A stretch of 64,000 nt of DNA from Bryobacterales bacterium (GCA_965222095.1 CBDCTD010000001.1:141285-205284); one strand, 5' to 3'; counted from the stretch's first letter, positions 9,091 to 19,530 are shown. A program made the numbers and translations. Notes: generated by a model from the sequence alone, not told the origin.

Positions 9091-9324
9091 TCAGTCATCG
9101 ACTGGCAAGTCCGTCTGATTGTGAAGCTCGTGAAGCAGTTCGACGACCAACGCCTTCTGACCGTAGTCGAATTCACCACTGGCCGGTTCCGGATCGTGAG
9201 CGGCAACCCAGACTTTGAGCATCTCGATGACTGGGCCGGCAACTGACTCCTCCGCACCCGGTTCAAAACGAAGTGGAATCTCACTCTGTCGGATCGTCTC
9301 GATCAAAAGCTCTGAGAACTTCAT
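9091..9324 (-). CDS. Hypothetical small acidic protein (77 aa)
   Basis: ATG ORF with AGGAGA 13 nt upstream. No recognisable domain. Confidence 0.4.
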   Translation of the reverse strand: MKFSELLIETIRQSEIPLRFEPGAEESVAGPVIEMLKVWVAAHDPEPASGEFDYGQKALVVELLHELHNQTDLPVDD

Positions 9325-9550
9325 AGAGGATCACAGTTCTCCTGGCAAGGATCTAACTGTAGACTGGCTACCTTATCACGACTGGCGCCTGCCCAAAGTG
9401 CCCCCGGTGCACGAGAAACTGACGCTCGCTTGCCGGGATAACACCGGAAAGGTTTGGGCGCATGCCAAAGAAAAACAGGTCATTGCTTCCCGTGTACTAG
9501 GAAAAACTACTTAGGGCCATCGCCCAGGCAGTGGTTACAATAGGAGAAGC

Positions 9551-10735
9551 ATGTCCGGCTATAACACCGAACTCGAAAGCATCGTTCGCGAGCTCAACAA
9601 GTCTCCGAAGCCCGCAACGGACGGGCCGGAGGACGAACCAACACCGGCCGGCCCACAACTCGAACCATCTGCCTCGCTGTCTTCACTCGACCAGCTGCTG
9701 GCCTATGCCACCCGTCACGAAGCGTCCGACATCATTCTCGTGGCCGGCTCGGGTTTAGTGTTGCGCGTTAATGGTGGTCTTACGCAACCTAGCGGTCGGC
9801 CTTTCAGCGACGATGATATTCGCTCTCTGATGCTACCGCTGCTGACCGCGCAGCGCCGCAAGGAACTCGAACGAGAACGCTCCACTGATTTCAGCTTTGT
9901 GCGCGACGGTATTGGGAGGTTTCGAACAAACATTCACTTCCAGCGGGGCACATTGGGCGCAGCCATCCGGCTCCTCCCTGAAGAGATCCCCACGCTTGAA
10001 CAGTTGAATCTACCGTCTTCGCTGGGGCGGCTCACCGAGCGTAAACAGGGTTTGGTCCTGGTAACCGGGCCGACCGGGTCAGGCAAGACAACCACCCTGG
10101 CAGCCCTGATCGGAATGATCAACGCCAAATACCCTTATCACATTGTCACGATTGAAGACCCTATCGAGTACCACCATCTCAACCAGCAGTCCGTATTTGA
10201 GCAGATGGAGGTTGGGCGCGATGCGGTTGACTTCGCCAGCTCTCTGAGGAGCATCGTGCGGCAAAGCCCCGACGTCATCCTCGTCGGCGAGATGAGGGAT
10301 CCGGAAACGATGGCCGCGGCGGTAACGGCGGCGGAGACGGGGCACCTTGTTTTTTCTACACTGCATACGGCTGATACGATTCAAGCCATCGGACGAATCG
10401 TGGACGCGTTTCCGGCCGCCCAACAGAATCAAATCCGGCAGCAGTTGTCTTTGGCCCTGCTTGCGATCATCTCGCAGCAACTAGTGGCGGGAGCCGACGG
10501 CAGCAGTCGCTACCCCGCTGTCGAAATCTTGGTAGCGAACACCGCAGTGAGCCACATCATCCGCAAAGGGGAAGACCACATGCTGCGATCGCAGCTTAGT
10601 CTCGGCCATTCCGACGGCATGAGGATGATGGAAGAATCTCTGGCCAAGCTCGTCAATAGGGGCCTCATCACGCCAGAGACAGCAGCCGCCCACTGTTTCC
10701 GCGAGGACGAATTCCGCCGCTACATGGCACAGTAG
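9551..10735 (+). CDS. pilT: Type IV pilus retraction ATPase PilT
   Basis: Walker A GPTGSGKTTTLAAL. Also IVTIEDPIEY, VILVGEMRD and GHLVFSTLHT, which are PilT/PilU signature blocks. AGGAGA lies upstream of the ATG. Confidence 0.9.
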   Translation: MSGYNTELESIVRELNKSPKPATDGPEDEPTPAGPQLEPSASLSSLDQLLAYATRHEASDIILVAGSGLVLRVNGGLTQPSGRPFSDDDIRSLMLPLLTAQRRKELERERSTDFSFVRDGIGRFRTNIHFQRGTLGAAIRLLPEEIPTLEQLNLPSSLGRLTERKQGLVLVTGPTGSGKTTTLAALIGMINAKYPYHIVTIEDPIEYHHLNQQSVFEQMEVGRDAVDFASSLRSIVRQSPDVILVGEMRDPETMAAAVTAAETGHLVFSTLHTADTIQAIGRIVDAFPAAQQNQIRQQLSLALLAIISQQLVAGADGSSRYPAVEILVANTAVSHIIRKGEDHMLRSQLSLGHSDGMRMMEESLAKLVNRGLITPETAAAHCFREDEFRRYMAQ

Positions 10736-10754
10736 CAGCCTGACGCAGGAGCTG

Positions 10755-10886
10755 GGTTCGGCAAAAAATCGGGACTGTCATCCAATTTTCGCTTCTGCAA
10801 CTGCTTTGTTCCAGTATGGGTTGGCGGACGAAAATCGGTGACTGTACCATTTTTTGCCACCAAGGACTTTCACCACGGGCTGCTAG
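10755..10886. repeat. Palindromic MITE-like intergenic element, subfamily B
   Basis: ggcaaaaaatcgggactgtca ... ggtgactgtaccattttttgcc form inverted arms. They are followed by aaggactttcaccacgggctgctag, the tail shared with 6764-6785. Confidence 0.8.
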
Positions 10887-11240
10887 CCCTCGACAGGTAG
10901 TTTCCCGCCCACACCGATCCGTTTCAGTCCGAATTGTCCAAGGGGGTCGCACATCGATCCTTTATGGGCGGGTACAGTGCCCCTCTACGCTCCCCTTTGA
11001 GAAACGCAGTCTAGGTCGAGACACCAGCCGCTAATATCTGGTACAAAATGATTGGATTCGCTGAATCACGCACCGAAAGGGTTTTCACAAGGGAGAACAA
11101 CTATGCCATCGCGATGCTTTGCAAAGGCCTGTACACGACTTTTCTCCCGCAAGAAATGGTGAAGTATGATGTCCATGAGTTTGTCGTAGAGTGAGGATCT
11201 CCCACTCGAATTCCTTGTCTCTCCGCGAAAGGAGCTTCCT

Positions 11241-12257
11241 TTGAAACTAGGCGTGATTTCACAGAACCTGATGCAGTTCGAGTTCGAGGAGGGCTTGCGG
11301 TATGCTCGCGACCTGGGTTTCCAAGCGATCGAGGTCGGAGCGTGTGGGCTCTGGGGCAGGAACTTCTGCGACGTTGAGAAACTCCTCGCGGACAAGGGCG
11401 AAATAGACCGTTGGCTGGACGCGTTCGCCCGTCACGACCTCGAGATCAGTGCGCTCGGGGGCCACGGCGCACCGCTGTTACCTGACAAAGCGGTCGCCGA
11501 GGAATACTCGCGCGAGTTTCTACAGACCTGCAAGCTCATGGAGCTGGCCGGCATCAAGCGGCTGACGCTGCTGGCGGGTCTCCCGGAAGGCGCTGAGGGA
11601 GACACGGCCCCCAACTGGGTGACATTCGCTGAGTGGCCTTTTTTGCGCGACACGCTCGAGTGGCAGTGGGAGAAGCGCCTGATCCCCTACTGGCGGGAGC
11701 ACGGCAAAATCGCCCACGACCACGGAGTAACGTTGTGTTTCGAAATGCATGGCGGCGATCTGATCCACAACCCGGTGGCGCTGATGAGGTTGCATAAGGA
11801 ACTCGGACCCGTCGTTGGCTGCAACTTCGACATTTCACACATGTGGTACCAGGGCATTGATCCGATCGAGGCGCTACGCTACCTTGGTCCGCGGGTCCAA
11901 CACGTCCACGCCAAAGACGTTCTGATCCACCGGCACAACGTTCGCGTGCGCGGCATGATGGCCACCATCCCCGAGGAGGAGATCACGGAGCGCCCCTGGA
12001 CGTATACGCTGTCCGGCTGGGGTCATGACGAGGTGGCCTGGCGCGAGTTCGTCACGACGCTGCATCTGCTCGGCTATGACCACGTGCTCTCAGTCGAGAT
12101 GGAGAGTGAGTACTTCGACGTGGAGGAGGGCCTGGCGAAGTCCGTGGCGTTCCTCAAGCCATTGGTGCTCGAGAAGCCGCCTGGCCCAAAGTGGTGGGAG
12201 ATCGCCGGGATGGGAAGAGCCGGCAGCCTAACGCAGGACCGCGGTGAGAAAGGATGA
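11241..12257 (+). CDS. Sugar phosphate isomerase/epimerase (xylose isomerase-like TIM barrel)
   Basis: 338-aa ORF with the family's typical pattern (GFQAIEVG..., FEMHGGDLIHNP, HVHAKD, SVEMESEY). TTG start. Confidence 0.75.
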   Translation: MKLGVISQNLMQFEFEEGLRYARDLGFQAIEVGACGLWGRNFCDVEKLLADKGEIDRWLDAFARHDLEISALGGHGAPLLPDKAVAEEYSREFLQTCKLMELAGIKRLTLLAGLPEGAEGDTAPNWVTFAEWPFLRDTLEWQWEKRLIPYWREHGKIAHDHGVTLCFEMHGGDLIHNPVALMRLHKELGPVVGCNFDISHMWYQGIDPIEALRYLGPRVQHVHAKDVLIHRHNVRVRGMMATIPEEEITERPWTYTLSGWGHDEVAWREFVTTLHLLGYDHVLSVEMESEYFDVEEGLAKSVAFLKPLVLEKPPGPKWWEIAGMGRAGSLTQDRGEKG

Positions 12258-12634
12258 GTCCTTTTTCTGGAGTGCTTGGCTGACCCGCCTGGTTCTAAAC
12301 TTCGGGATTCGGGTTAATCATCGACTCAGTCACACGCTTTCCCGCGTCAGGCCTTCGCCGTACCGCGCGTCCGGAAAGGAACTTCCCACCCCTTGCCCGA
12401 TCCCTATGTAGCAGCGCGTTATTCATTCACGGCAGGGTTCCCTCGCTTGTACACAGCATCGCTCGGCTTCGAACGGCGGCGGAGAAAGGGAGACGCAGAA
12501 CTCGAAGTAACTGTTGGATAATGAAGTTCGAAGTCGAGGTCCTAGCTCGACAGTCTCGGGATTTCTTGACGGCGGCCCGCGGGAGGGAATCGGAAGGGGG
12601 TTACGTGGATAACGGCGCGGAAGGCCAAACCGCA

Positions 12635-14740
12635 ATGGAGCCGCACGAGCGCGTCCGCAAAGGGGGAAGCTGCGTGGCACTTGTCATCCTGCTTTTGGTG
12701 CTGGCAACGACCGCCGCCGGCGAGACCCCGCTCCCGGAGGTGGCTCCCGTCGTTCAGTCGGTCATGCCCGCGGGCGCTCAGCGGGGTACGAGTGTTGAGG
12801 TAGAGATCCGCGGCAGAAACCTCAGCGAGGCGACGCAACTCCGGTTCGCCCGCGAAGACATCCAAGCCGACATACTCTCCAGCGAGTTCTACCAAATCCG
12901 GGCGCGCGTCAAGGTAGGGGAAACCGTACCGCTGGGGATTCACGACTACCGGTTGCGAACGACGCGCGGCAGTTACGTGGGCGTCTTTCACGTGGGGTCG
13001 CTCTCCCAGCGGGCTGAGGTGGAGCCGAACGACGATCTCAGCCACGCGCAGAAGGTATCCACTCCCTCGTTCGTCGACGGCTTTCTCGAGGCCTACGCGT
13101 ACGACTTGTTTTGGTTCCGCGCGGAGGCCGGCCAAACACTCATCGTCGATTTGATGGCCGCGCGCACGGCGTCGGGGCTTGACGGGTCGCTTGCGATCCT
13201 GGATGGGGGCGGTAGGGAGTTGGACTATAACGATGACTACTACATGTTCAAAGATCCACAGTTGACCTTTACGGCGAAACAAGGGGGCGAATACTTTGTA
13301 CGCGTGGGGACAAGTCGGGTATTCCCGTTTGCGGACCCACTTGACGGAAGCTATCGGCTGATGATTGGCGAGGTGCCGCTGATGCGTAAGGTATTACCGG
13401 TGGGGGCGCGCCGGGGACAGACAGCGGAATTCGAGCTGAGCGGTGTCAACCTGGCTGACGTCCACAAAGTTGTGCTCGGGGATTCGTTGGCCGAGGGCGA
13501 GGTACTCGAAGCGAGCCATGACCGGCTGCGTTTCCGGATGTCCGTCCCGGCTGACCTAACACCGGGGCGCTACTTTCTACGTGCGCTTGCCGACAGCGTC
13601 GAGTCTCCCCTGCCGCTGCCCATTGTGATCTCCGATGTGGATGAGCAGCTTTCTTCCTCGGCACGCGTTCGAGCCGATCCCCAGCAGATCGAGCTTCCGG
13701 TTGGCATCAGCGGGATCTTGGAGAAGCGCAAGGCGGCGGACTTCTTCGCCTTTGACGCGGAGGCGGGCCAACGGCTCGCATTTCGAGTAGACTCGATGCA
13801 GCTCGGTTACCTTTTGGACGCGGCTCTGTTTATCTACGATCTCGACGGCCGGCGGCTTGCCTACCAAGACGAGCCGGCGCCGAACAACGCCAAGGAAATG
13901 CCGGATTTGGATCCCTATCTGGTCCACGAGTTCGATCAAGCGGGGCGATACATCGTCATGATCCGCGACTCAGCCGTGCGCGGTCATCCAGACTACGTCT
14001 ATCGGCTCGTAATCGAGACCGTCGAACCTGATTTCGAGCTGATGGCCCTTAACCCAAGCCCGACGTTGTTCCGGGGTAAAACAAACAACCTGGTGGTCCG
14101 TGTGAAGCGCCTAGGTGGATGGGACGCGCCAGTGGATGTCTGGATTGAAAACCTACCGCTGGGGGTTCAGGCAGAGAAAGGCGTAGCCGAACCGAAGAAC
14201 ACGCCGTATAAGGGCACCTGTGCGGAAGACATGTGGATGGACGGCACGAACGTCGAGTTGCGCCTCAGGGTAGCCAATGATGCCCCCGGAGGCTTCCATC
14301 CGATCCGCGTTCGCGCACGCGGAGAGTCCCGCGGCAAAGTAGTCGAGCGGGAAGCCGAGATTCTCTTTCGCTGGGGTTCCGTAGGTAAGATCTACGGTCC
14401 AACCACGGACCAGGAACTACTGGCGGCGGTGACGGATCTCCCTCCACTGATCCTTGAGACGCCGGAAAACCTTTCTGTAGCGCCGGGAAAAATCGGACGA
14501 CTGAAAGTGATCGCCACTCGGTTCGCCGGGTCCGATGGCGCGATCGCATTAACGCCGCACTCGCTCCCAAGTGGCGTAACCATAGAGAACGGCACCATAC
14601 CGCCCGGCACGCCCCTTGCGGATCTTCTCGTGAAAGTCTCGGAAACAGCCGCGCCCGGCAAGTACCCCCTGATTTTGCAAGCCGGCAGAACGAGTTCGCC
14701 GCCGATTGAGCTGACGATTGCGGGTGCCGAGAAAAACTGA
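12635..14740 (+). CDS. Secreted multidomain protein with two PPC (pre-peptidase C-terminal)-like modules
   Basis: The internal ATG at 12635 gives a signal peptide (GGSCVALVILLLVLATTAAG). Two modules have the EPND...DxFxFxAxAGQ...Y.L pattern (EVEPNDDLSHAQ...FWFRAEAGQTLIVD; AADFFAFDAEAGQRLAFRVD). The stop overlaps the next start (TGATG). Confidence 0.7.
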   Translation: MEPHERVRKGGSCVALVILLLVLATTAAGETPLPEVAPVVQSVMPAGAQRGTSVEVEIRGRNLSEATQLRFAREDIQADILSSEFYQIRARVKVGETVPLGIHDYRLRTTRGSYVGVFHVGSLSQRAEVEPNDDLSHAQKVSTPSFVDGFLEAYAYDLFWFRAEAGQTLIVDLMAARTASGLDGSLAILDGGGRELDYNDDYYMFKDPQLTFTAKQGGEYFVRVGTSRVFPFADPLDGSYRLMIGEVPLMRKVLPVGARRGQTAEFELSGVNLADVHKVVLGDSLAEGEVLEASHDRLRFRMSVPADLTPGRYFLRALADSVESPLPLPIVISDVDEQLSSSARVRADPQQIELPVGISGILEKRKAADFFAFDAEAGQRLAFRVDSMQLGYLLDAALFIYDLDGRRLAYQDEPAPNNAKEMPDLDPYLVHEFDQAGRYIVMIRDSAVRGHPDYVYRLVIETVEPDFELMALNPSPTLFRGKTNNLVVRVKRLGGWDAPVDVWIENLPLGVQAEKGVAEPKNTPYKGTCAEDMWMDGTNVELRLRVANDAPGGFHPIRVRARGESRGKVVEREAEILFRWGSVGKIYGPTTDQELLAAVTDLPPLILETPENLSVAPGKIGRLKVIATRFAGSDGAIALTPHSLPSGVTIENGTIPPGTPLADLLVKVSETAAPGKYPLILQAGRTSSPPIELTIAGAEKN

Positions 14741-16896
14741 TGCGGGTCTTGGTTTTGGCTCTTTGGTTATCGACCGCGGCCTTCGCCGTGGATGGACCGA
14801 GGGTCAGCTTTCTGCGAGACGTCGTTCCCATATTGACCAAGTCAGGTTGTGCGGGGTCCAATTGCCACGGCTCCATCCGTGGAAAGAATGGTTTCAAGCT
14901 TTCGCTATTCGGATATGACCCCGACCTTGACTACGTTGCCATCACCCAGGCTAGTGACGGTCGCCGGATCGATCGCGATGAACCTGAACAAAGCCTCATT
15001 CTGCGCAAGCCGACTTTTCAAATGGCCCACGGCGGCGGTGTACGTTTCGAGGTGGAGTCGCTCGAATACGCAGCCATATTGGAGTGGATCGAAGAAGGGG
15101 CCACTTTTGACAGTCCCAACTCTCCTCGCCTTGAGTCGCTGAGGGTCGAGCCGCAAAAAATCACACTTATCGGGATCGGCTCCAAGGCACGGCTATTGGC
15201 GATGGGAGGCTATACCGATGGGTCACGGCAGGACATCACTCGGAAGGTGCAGTACAACGTCAACGACGAGTCGGTCGTCGAGGTCAGTCGCCAAGGCGAA
15301 ATCACAAGCTTGCGGGCCGGTGAGACCGCCATCATGGTGCGGACGCTTGGTAAGGCTGTGGCGGCTCGAATTGAGGTGGTCGCCGAACCGCCGATGCGGA
15401 ACTATCCGAAAATCGCGCGCCATAACTTCATTGACGAGTTCGTGTTCTCCAAGCTTCGGCGGCTGAATGTAATCCCGTCAGGTCTCAGCACGGACAACGA
15501 GTTCTTGCGGCGCGTATACCTCGACACCGTCGGCGTGCTTCCGACTCTAGAGGAAACGGAAGAGTTTCTCGCCTCCGACGACCCGCAAAAGCGCTCCAAG
15601 CTGATTGGTCAGCTCTTAGAGCGACCCGAGTTTGCGGAGCTGTGGGCAACCAGGTTCTGTGACCTCTTCCGAGTTGGATTCATCGATCAGGGGGTGAAGG
15701 GCAGCCGTCTGTTTTATGACTGGATCCGGGAAGCCATCCGTGAAGACAAACCCTACAATGAATTCGCCACGGAGCTTATCACGGCTACCGGGAACCTGTG
15801 GTTCAACCCGACGGCGAATTTCTACTACATCACCGAAAACGCAGAACCGGAGAATCTCGCGACTAACATCAGCCAAGTTTTTCTCGGGGTCCGAGTGGAA
15901 TGTGCGCGCTGCCACGATCACCCCTGGGAGAGATGGAAGCAGGATGATTTTTGGGGCTTCGCGGCGTTCTTTGCGCGTATGGCCGAAAAGGACACCTACC
16001 AGGGAGACGAAACCGAAATTTTCCTGAAGGATCAGGGAGAAGTCGTACATCCGAAAACAAAGGAGCCGGTGAAGCCGAAATATCTGGACGGACCGACGGA
16101 GACCGAGGGACCGGACGAAGACATCCGCGAGAAGCTGGCTGCCTGGGTCACTTCACCTCAAAACCCGTGGTTTGCCCACAATATCGTCAACCGTTTATGG
16201 AAGCACCACTTCGGCCGAGGCATTGTGGAACCGGTGGACGACTTTCGGATAACGAACCCGCCCACCAACGAGGTCTTGCTCGATGCTCTGGCCAAAGACT
16301 TCGTTGATCACGGCTATAGCCTTCGGCACACCATACGACTCATTCTCAATTCGCGCGTCTACCAACTTTCGGGCGAACCCAACGACACCAACCGCACCGA
16401 CCACCTCAACTACGCTCGTTACTATGTCAAGCGCCTCCTAGCTGAGCAGTTGGTCGATGCCTTGTCGCAAGTGACCGGCGTTCCCGAGGAGTACCGTGCT
16501 TTTATCCCCGGAACGCGGGCGATGACCATTCCGGCCGGGGCGCCCACTTACTTTTTGGAGACGTTCGGGCGGCCGAACGATAGGGACAAGATCGCTGAGC
16601 GGGAAAGTCAGCCGAGCATTGTGCAAACCATGCACCTGATCAGCGGGGATACAATCAATAGGAAGATAACCGCGAAAGATGGGACTCTCGATCGTTGGAT
16701 GGCAGACGGCTCCCTGCACGATGGTGAGATTGTGAAGAGGCTTTTTCTAGCGACTTTGGTCCGGCCTCCGACCGAAGCTGAACTTTCGCTAACACTCGCG
16801 CCGATTCGCGCCGAGGGGCCCGGTGCTCGCCGCCGGGCCTTCGAGGACACGCTTTGGGGAATCTTTAATTCGAAAGAGTTCCTGTTCAATCATTAG
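14740..16896 (+). CDS. DUF1549/DUF1553 (PSCyt/PSD1-type) protein with a central Ig-like (Big_2) domain
   Basis: N-terminal FLRDVVPILTKSGCAGSNCHGS (DUF1549 type). Middle VECARCHDHPWERWKQDDFWGFAAFF. C-terminal DTLWGIFNSKEFLFNH (DUF1553 type). Confidence 0.85.
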   Translation: MRVLVLALWLSTAAFAVDGPRVSFLRDVVPILTKSGCAGSNCHGSIRGKNGFKLSLFGYDPDLDYVAITQASDGRRIDRDEPEQSLILRKPTFQMAHGGGVRFEVESLEYAAILEWIEEGATFDSPNSPRLESLRVEPQKITLIGIGSKARLLAMGGYTDGSRQDITRKVQYNVNDESVVEVSRQGEITSLRAGETAIMVRTLGKAVAARIEVVAEPPMRNYPKIARHNFIDEFVFSKLRRLNVIPSGLSTDNEFLRRVYLDTVGVLPTLEETEEFLASDDPQKRSKLIGQLLERPEFAELWATRFCDLFRVGFIDQGVKGSRLFYDWIREAIREDKPYNEFATELITATGNLWFNPTANFYYITENAEPENLATNISQVFLGVRVECARCHDHPWERWKQDDFWGFAAFFARMAEKDTYQGDETEIFLKDQGEVVHPKTKEPVKPKYLDGPTETEGPDEDIREKLAAWVTSPQNPWFAHNIVNRLWKHHFGRGIVEPVDDFRITNPPTNEVLLDALAKDFVDHGYSLRHTIRLILNSRVYQLSGEPNDTNRTDHLNYARYYVKRLLAEQLVDALSQVTGVPEEYRAFIPGTRAMTIPAGAPTYFLETFGRPNDRDKIAERESQPSIVQTMHLISGDTINRKITAKDGTLDRWMADGSLHDGEIVKRLFLATLVRPPTEAELSLTLAPIRAEGPGARRRAFEDTLWGIFNSKEFLFNH

Positions 16897-16907
16897 CGAC
16901 GTGACCC

Positions 16908-18203
16908 ATGGAACATTTCGACCGTAGAGCATTCATCAAGTTAGGCTCTCTGAGTCTTTTCGGGTTCATGACCTACGCTGACATTCTGCGCCTGCGGGCG
17001 CAGTCGCCTGCCCAAGATACCCCCAACAAGGATATCTCCATCATTCACTTGTGGCTGAGTGGAGGAATCAGTCATCTCGATAGCTTCGACCCCAAGCCGG
17101 ATATCGATTCGCGCTATCGCAGCCAGTTCAAGAGGATCCCCACCAACGTCTCCGGCATTGAGCTTTGCGAGCATCTTCCGCGTACGGCGCGGCACGCCGA
17201 CAAGTACGTGATCATCCGTTCCATGACCCACAAACAGGCCGCCCATGAGGCGGCTTCCGGTCTCGTCCTGAGCGGTCACGATCCGTTGCCGACCATTAAC
17301 TATCCGGCAATGCAGACGGTTGTGGCCAAGGAGCTTGGCCCCCGAAACGAACTGCCCCCGGTCATCACCATTCCCGCTCCCACCGGGAACTGGGAGAAGG
17401 CCGGGTTTTTGGGGCCTCGTTACAACCCATTCAGTGCCGGTAACCCTAACGAGGAAAACTACCAAGTACGGGATATGAATCTACCGATGGGCGTGGATTG
17501 GAGCCGCGTCGACCACCGCCGATCACTGCTCTCGTTGCTCGATGAAAAGTTCCGGCGCATGGACACGACCGGTATCTCGGAGACAATGGACTCCTACTAT
17601 CAAACGTCTTTTGATCTGATGCGGTCGGAAAGAGCGAAGAAGGCGTTTGCGATTGCTGAAGAGCCGGAGAGCCTTCGGGAGAAATACGGACGCACGTCGT
17701 TGGGCCAAGGGGCGTTGCTGGCGCGGCGACTGGTTGAGTCGGGAGTGCGCTTCGTTACGATCTCCCGTGGGTTCAACACGTGGGATCATCATGGCGGTGT
17801 TTTCCGATTCCTGGCAAACGAATTCCTCCCGGAACTCGACCGCGCCTACGCGACTCTGCTCGAGGACCTGCACCAGCGCGGCATGCTTGACTCCACGATC
17901 GTCATCGTCACGGGCGAGTTCGGGCGCACCCCCGAGATCAACAACAACGCCGGCCGTGACCACTGGCCCAACGTATTCTCTCTGTCCATGGCAGGCGGTG
18001 GCATCACCGGCGGACGCGTACTAGGGGCGTCGGACGAAGACGGCATGTTTGTCAAGGACGATCCGGTCGAAGTCCCCAACCTCATCGCTGCCATCTACAA
18101 GAAACTCGGCATCGATTACCACAAGGAGTATCTAAGCAACATCGGCCGACCGGTCAAGCTGGTGCGCGACGGCAGCACCCCGTTGGATTTCCTGATGGTC
18201 TGA
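16908..18203 (+). CDS. DUF1501 protein (sulfatase/alkaline-phosphatase-like fold, Tat-type signal)
   Basis: RRAFIKLGSLSLFG, HLWLSGGISHLDSFDPKP and VIVTGEFGRTPEINNNAGRDHWP are typical of DUF1501, the usual partner of DUF1549/1553 genes. Confidence 0.85.
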   Translation: MEHFDRRAFIKLGSLSLFGFMTYADILRLRAQSPAQDTPNKDISIIHLWLSGGISHLDSFDPKPDIDSRYRSQFKRIPTNVSGIELCEHLPRTARHADKYVIIRSMTHKQAAHEAASGLVLSGHDPLPTINYPAMQTVVAKELGPRNELPPVITIPAPTGNWEKAGFLGPRYNPFSAGNPNEENYQVRDMNLPMGVDWSRVDHRRSLLSLLDEKFRRMDTTGISETMDSYYQTSFDLMRSERAKKAFAIAEEPESLREKYGRTSLGQGALLARRLVESGVRFVTISRGFNTWDHHGGVFRFLANEFLPELDRAYATLLEDLHQRGMLDSTIVIVTGEFGRTPEINNNAGRDHWPNVFSLSMAGGGITGGRVLGASDEDGMFVKDDPVEVPNLIAAIYKKLGIDYHKEYLSNIGRPVKLVRDGSTPLDFLMV

Positions 18204-18490
18204 TGCGGGGCCAGTCTCCCGAACCTGACCGTGATATCGAGTTCGGCAGGGTGATTCACCGATTACGGTGCCGCCGAAGGGCGTTGCTCCGCACCGTCCC
18301 AACCGATAACAAGAGCCCTTCAGGAAAACCATGGTAGGCTGCCGGACCGGCGCTTGACATGCCCCACCGTTAGAAGTCGGTCTGAGAGGGAGCTCTCCTG
18401 TGACCCGGGCTCTCAGGTGCCGAGCTGGGATTCCTATTTACGTATGGGGCGGTGGTAACCCGGTTAGGACCCGTAGTGCAGGACTCGCAA

Positions 18491-18682
18491 TTACTCCGCC
18501 GGCGGACCCTTCGGCTCGCCCGCAACAGCGAAGTGCGACGGGTGCACTTCCCGCACGATCACGCGCACCGTTTCCGGCCGTGCGTCCAGTGTCCGAATGG
18601 CAGCCTCGGTGACTTCCTTGATCAGAGCGCGCTTCTTTTCGTAGGGGCGACCTTCGAGGATGGTGATATCAATGATAGGCAT
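18491..18682 (-). CDS. 4-oxalocrotonate tautomerase family protein
   Basis: The internal ATG gives MPIIDITILEGRPYEKKRALIKEVTEA (Pro-1 tautomerase signature), 63 aa. Confidence 0.8.
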   Translation of the reverse strand: MPIIDITILEGRPYEKKRALIKEVTEAAIRTLDARPETVRVIVREVHPSHFAVAGEPKGPPAE

Positions 18683-18739
18683 GCCGAATTCTAGCAGGCA
18701 GGCTACAGGGTTCGGTCCGGTTAGGGGAAAAACCAATCG

Positions 18740-19366
18740 CTAGCTGACAGCTTCCACCCAGCCGGCAATCCTCGCGGCCAGCTCGTCCGGGGGCGCAATC
18801 AAGTCCGAAATGACTGCAACCGAATCGGCCCCTGCCTCTAACACCTGGCGAGCGTTGGTGCGGGTAATCCCGCCGATCGCCACGAGCGGTTTCGTCGTTA
18901 AGGGACGAAAACGCGCTAATTCCGTCAGCCCCAACGTGGGATCGGGGTTTTCTTTCGAGGCAGTTCGGAAGATCGGCCCGATGGCGAGGTAGTTCACCGG
19001 CTCCTGGTCGCCTGCGCGCAGCTGGTCCTCGTTGTGTGTCGAAAAGCCGATGATGGCTGCGCTTCCGACGATCGAGCGAACCCTGTCGGGAAAGAGATCG
19101 TCCTGCCCAACGTGGACGCCGTCGGCTCCAAGCATCTTTGCCACGTCAGCCCGGTCGTTGATAACGTAGGTGACACCGGCGTCCTGCAAAATTCGCCCAA
19201 CTCTTTGAGCCTGGGCGAAGACCTCGCGCGTAAACGGGTTTTTGTGACGGAATTGCGCCATTTCGACGCCCGCTTTGGCCAGCGCCTCAGCCATTTTCTC
19301 GGGCGCTATTCCGGCTTTGTCCAACAACAACATGTCGATGATGGGATAGAACGCGGGGAGCTTCAC
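18740..19366 (-). CDS. thiE: Thiamine-phosphate synthase
   Basis: FYPIIDMLLL..., INDRADVAKMLGADGVHVGQDD and VAIGGIT are ThiE blocks. GTG start. Confidence 0.85.
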   Translation of the reverse strand: MKLPAFYPIIDMLLLDKAGIAPEKMAEALAKAGVEMAQFRHKNPFTREVFAQAQRVGRILQDAGVTYVINDRADVAKMLGADGVHVGQDDLFPDRVRSIVGSAAIIGFSTHNEDQLRAGDQEPVNYLAIGPIFRTASKENPDPTLGLTELARFRPLTTKPLVAIGGITRTNARQVLEAGADSVAVISDLIAPPDELAARIAGWVEAVS

Positions 19367-19530
19367 GATGACAGTTTCCTACGCACTTTTGACCTTCCTA
19401 TGCGTAACGATCGCATATCGCGCGGCACGGGTAAACGGACCATTGCACGTCAACTGCGGACGCAGTGTACAATAACGACTCTTCCTGAAACGATTCTGGG
19501 TGCTTTCTCACCCGGCTACGACAATCCCAC

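Noticed and set aside
18204-18490. Structured RNA in the convergent intergenic region after the DUF1501 gene (CTGAGAG...CTCTCAG stem at about 18382-18418)
   Set aside because: There are only short local stems and no recognisable family signature. Terminators of the two convergent genes are the most economical explanation.
19367-19530. Possible TPP (THI-box) riboswitch upstream of thiE
   Set aside because: I read both strands. The conserved CUGAGA and ACCUGAUCUGGAUAAUGCCAGCG-type elements are absent.
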